From positions 2,784,001-2,848,000 of the forward strand of contig CP181291.1 of NCBI GenBank assembly GCA_052279835.1: DNA of 64,000 nt, written 5' to 3'. Within the stretch, counting starts at the first letter, position 1. The number at the start of each line of letters is the position of its first letter. This DNA is from Microcoleus sp. (GTDB lineage: Bacteria > Cyanobacteriota > Cyanobacteriia > Cyanobacteriales > Microcoleaceae). Positions 61,358 to 64,000 of this stretch are shown one piece after another. The position numbers were made by a program, and so were the translations under genes. The notes under the pieces are model-generated. The model had not been told where the DNA came from, searched no databases, and saw only the letters and a list, made by a program, of their open reading frames with translations.

Positions 61358-62836
61358 GTGAATACAATCCCCGAAGAATTGTTGATAAGCATTTCTCAAG
61401 TCTTTACATCTACTCTCTTTCAAATCGGCGATAATCCCGTCTCTCTACGGTCACTGATAGAATTGATTATATCATTTATAATCGTTTTAATCATTTCCCA
61501 AGGATTTACAACTTTTCTCAAAGAAAGGTTGCTCTTAAAACTGGGAATAGACGAAGGCAACCGGGAAGCAATTTCCGTAATTATTCGCTATTTGATCGTA
61601 GCTTTTGGCGTGGTTATTTCGATCCAAGGAATCGGATTTAACCTCGCTTCCTTTGCTGTGGTTGCGGGTGGATTGGGAGTGGGTATTGGCTTCGGAATTC
61701 AGGATTTGACAACCAACTTTGTCAGCGGGCTGACGTTGCTTTTAGACAGACCTGTCAAAGTCGGAGACTTCGTGGAATTAGAAGGATTGATGGGAATAGT
61801 CAAAAAAATATCTATTCGCTCGACTATTATCAAAACTAATGACGACTCCAGCGTCATAGTTCCCAATAGTAAGATGATTAGCAACAAAATTGTTAACTGG
61901 AGCTACCAAAATCCGCTACTTTGTCTGCGACTCTCCATAGAAGTATCGGAGAATAGCGACCCGCTGTTAGTTACAGAAACTCTGTTAGAGATTGCTTACG
62001 CTGAAGCAGGTGTTTTGTACGAACCAAATCCGAAGGTATTCTTTGTTGAGTTTGGGGATGATTGCTTTAAATTTGAACTTTTAGTTTGGACTGACAGACC
62101 AACGGATCGAGAAGTAATTAAAAGTTCTTTAAATTTTGCCATTGAGTACAATTTCCGTCAGCGGGCAATCGATTTTCCGTCCAATGACAGAGATTTATAT
62201 TTAAAAAATCCTGAATTTATTTTATCGCTATTCCACAAAAATGAAACTGTAAATAACCAAAATATTTTTTCGCAAAATAGTGCAAAGAGTCCTATTTTTC
62301 CCAAGGGCATAAAAAAGCCTTCATCCCTTAGCGGTTTGCTGCGAGAAGTGACATATTTTGAACATCTCACCGATATTGAATTGCGACAATTGATTGAAGT
62401 TGGATACCGCCAGCGTCTACGCCCACAAGAATTTTTGTTCCGGGAAAACGACCCAGGAGATGCTTTTTATATGATTCTTTCTGGATCAGTGGAGGTTTTT
62501 GTGGAAGCAATTGATAAACACTTAAATAATCTGGATACTGGCAAGTTTTTTGGGGAACTTTCTTTGATGTTAGGAATCCCTAGAACTGCTTCGGTGAGGG
62601 CTTTGGAAGAAACTATTTTGTTTGCGATCAATAAAGAAGGTTTCCAAAAGGTTTTAACGGAACGACCGGATTTATACGAACAAATTATTCAAGAAATAGT
62701 CAAACATAAGGAAGAATTAAGTCAAAGACAGCAGGAACTGCGAGAAATGCAACTGGTAGATGCAGCAGAAGATGATGAAAATCCCGTAGATTGGGTAAGG
62801 AAACGGCTGAAAAATATATTTAATGTTGGATTTTAA
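61358..62836 (+). CDS. MscS-family mechanosensitive channel fused to a cNMP-binding domain
   Basis: GLGVGIGFGIQD, NFVSG and VPNS; C-terminal FFGELSL...PRTASVRA. Start uncertain (61253 or 61358). Confidence 0.88.
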   Translation: MNTIPEELLISISQVFTSTLFQIGDNPVSLRSLIELIISFIIVLIISQGFTTFLKERLLLKLGIDEGNREAISVIIRYLIVAFGVVISIQGIGFNLASFAVVAGGLGVGIGFGIQDLTTNFVSGLTLLLDRPVKVGDFVELEGLMGIVKKISIRSTIIKTNDDSSVIVPNSKMISNKIVNWSYQNPLLCLRLSIEVSENSDPLLVTETLLEIAYAEAGVLYEPNPKVFFVEFGDDCFKFELLVWTDRPTDREVIKSSLNFAIEYNFRQRAIDFPSNDRDLYLKNPEFILSLFHKNETVNNQNIFSQNSAKSPIFPKGIKKPSSLSGLLREVTYFEHLTDIELRQLIEVGYRQRLRPQEFLFRENDPGDAFYMILSGSVEVFVEAIDKHLNNLDTGKFFGELSLMLGIPRTASVRALEETILFAINKEGFQKVLTERPDLYEQIIQEIVKHKEELSQRQQELREMQLVDAAEDDENPVDWVRKRLKNIFNVGF

Positions 62837-62879
62837 CATTATAGCCTTTGGAGTGAAAGATGAGGTAAGAGCGAGAATA

Positions 62880-63355
62880 GGTAATAGGTAATGGGTAATG
62901 GGTAATTGGTAATTGATAATTGGTAATGGGTAATTGATAATTGATAATTGGTAAGGGGTAATTAATAATGGGTAATTGATAATTGGTAATTGATAATTGA
63001 TAATTGATAATTGGTAATTGGTAATTGATAATTGGTAATTGATAATTGGTAATTGATAATTGATAATTGGTAATTGATAATTGGTAAAGCCCTATACTTC
63101 GACAACGCGATCGCACAAGTACCCCATTACCGATTACCGATTACCGATTACCGATTACCGATTACCGATTACCGATTACCGATTACCGATTATATCGTTT
63201 CCGGCTGCATCGGAATGATTTAACCACAGAGAACGCAGAGAACACAGAGGGAGATAAGAGAGATGAATAATTCCGATGTTACCGGATTTGATATTACCCA
63301 TTACCCATTACCGATTACCGATTACCGATTACCCATTACCGATTACCCATTACCT
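62880..63355. repeat. STRR heptamer arrays in inverted orientation between convergent genes
   Basis: (GGTAATT/GATAATT)n at 62880-63085, and (TTACCGA/TTACCCA)n at 63120-63191 and 63294-63355. Confidence 0.92.
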
Positions 63356-63377
63356 AACCTATCGGGTATCTCAAGTT

Positions 63378-63992
63378 CTACAAATTTGATGGCGATCGCA
63401 AAATCAACTGCATCAAGCCCTCGATCAGTCGATCGCGCTCCATTGGTATAATTTCTTGGCCGTGCATCATATGCTGCGTTAACTGGAAATACACCAAAGA
63501 TCCAATAAAAATCCGCGCTGTGGCTTCAGGATCGGCTAATTGCAACTCCGGGCGAGATGCCAAATATTGAGTAAGTCGCTCAATCCCCGGTTTCGCTAGG
63601 TTTTTCACAAATATCTGCGCTAGCTGGGGAAAACGCCCTGATTCAGCAATCACTAACCTCACGAAGGTGAGAAAATGAGGTTCGTGAGTGGCTTGATCTA
63701 GTAAAGTGGTAGCAATGAATCGCAGGGCGATCGCCGGTTCAGTTTCAGGTACCGGAAAATAAACTAACTTTTCTGCCGCTAGCCGTTGAATCAAGGCCGC
63801 AAACAATCCCTCTTTGTCTTGAAAATAGCTGTAAACCGTGGCTTTGGAAACTCCCCCCGTCTTCGCTACCTTGTCCATACTCGTGCCCGCATAGCCGTGG
63901 GTTAAAAATTCTTGCATCGCACCTTGGAGGATTTGCTCGCTTTTGTCACCTCCTGTGCTTGCGTCTGGTTCCATCGGTTTTGTCTTTGCCAT
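63378..63992 (-). CDS. TetR/AcrR-family transcriptional regulator
   Basis: GYAGTSMDKVAKTGGVSKATVYSYFQDKEGLF HTH and a VIAESGRFP C-domain. Confidence 0.92.
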   Translation of the reverse strand: MAKTKPMEPDASTGGDKSEQILQGAMQEFLTHGYAGTSMDKVAKTGGVSKATVYSYFQDKEGLFAALIQRLAAEKLVYFPVPETEPAIALRFIATTLLDQATHEPHFLTFVRLVIAESGRFPQLAQIFVKNLAKPGIERLTQYLASRPELQLADPEATARIFIGSLVYFQLTQHMMHGQEIIPMERDRLIEGLMQLILRSPSNL

Positions 63993-64000
63993 TGTTGGTT

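Overview
This is a 64-kb chromosomal segment of a filamentous cyanobacterium. Frequent HIP1 octamers (GCGATCGC), heptamer STRR arrays, psbZ and nblA support this; an Oscillatoriales/Microcoleus-like origin is inferred from gene and repeat content. Housekeeping blocks: bioU; pilB-pilT-pilC divergent from grpE-dnaK-dnaJ-tusA-like-rsgA; exbB/exbD; nblA; anmK and a PP2C phosphatase; two ABC1/AarF kinases; an A-adding tRNA nucleotidyltransferase; psbZ-ribH; rimO-crhR; bciB; cobU; GT2/WcaF-like polysaccharide genes; an MscS-cNMP fusion; a TetR regulator. Accessory content: a mysABCD mycosporine-like amino acid (MAA) cluster, four Uma2 genes, an intact DDE IS with a 7-bp TSD, two IS200/IS605 (TnpB-type) right-end remnants, a CHAT/TPR protein next to a decayed toxin-antitoxin locus, and many palindromic dispersed repeats. 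The two most notable unexplained signals are non-coding. One is a ~260-nt RNA with tandem tRNA-mimic modules upstream of an SPFH/slipin gene, with no Ro60 or RtcB partner in the window. The other is a ~510-nt densely structured leader, with its own -10 box and competing pairings near the RBS, in front of the DEAD-box helicase crhR. All calls come from reading the sequence and recalling families; no database search or folding program was run.
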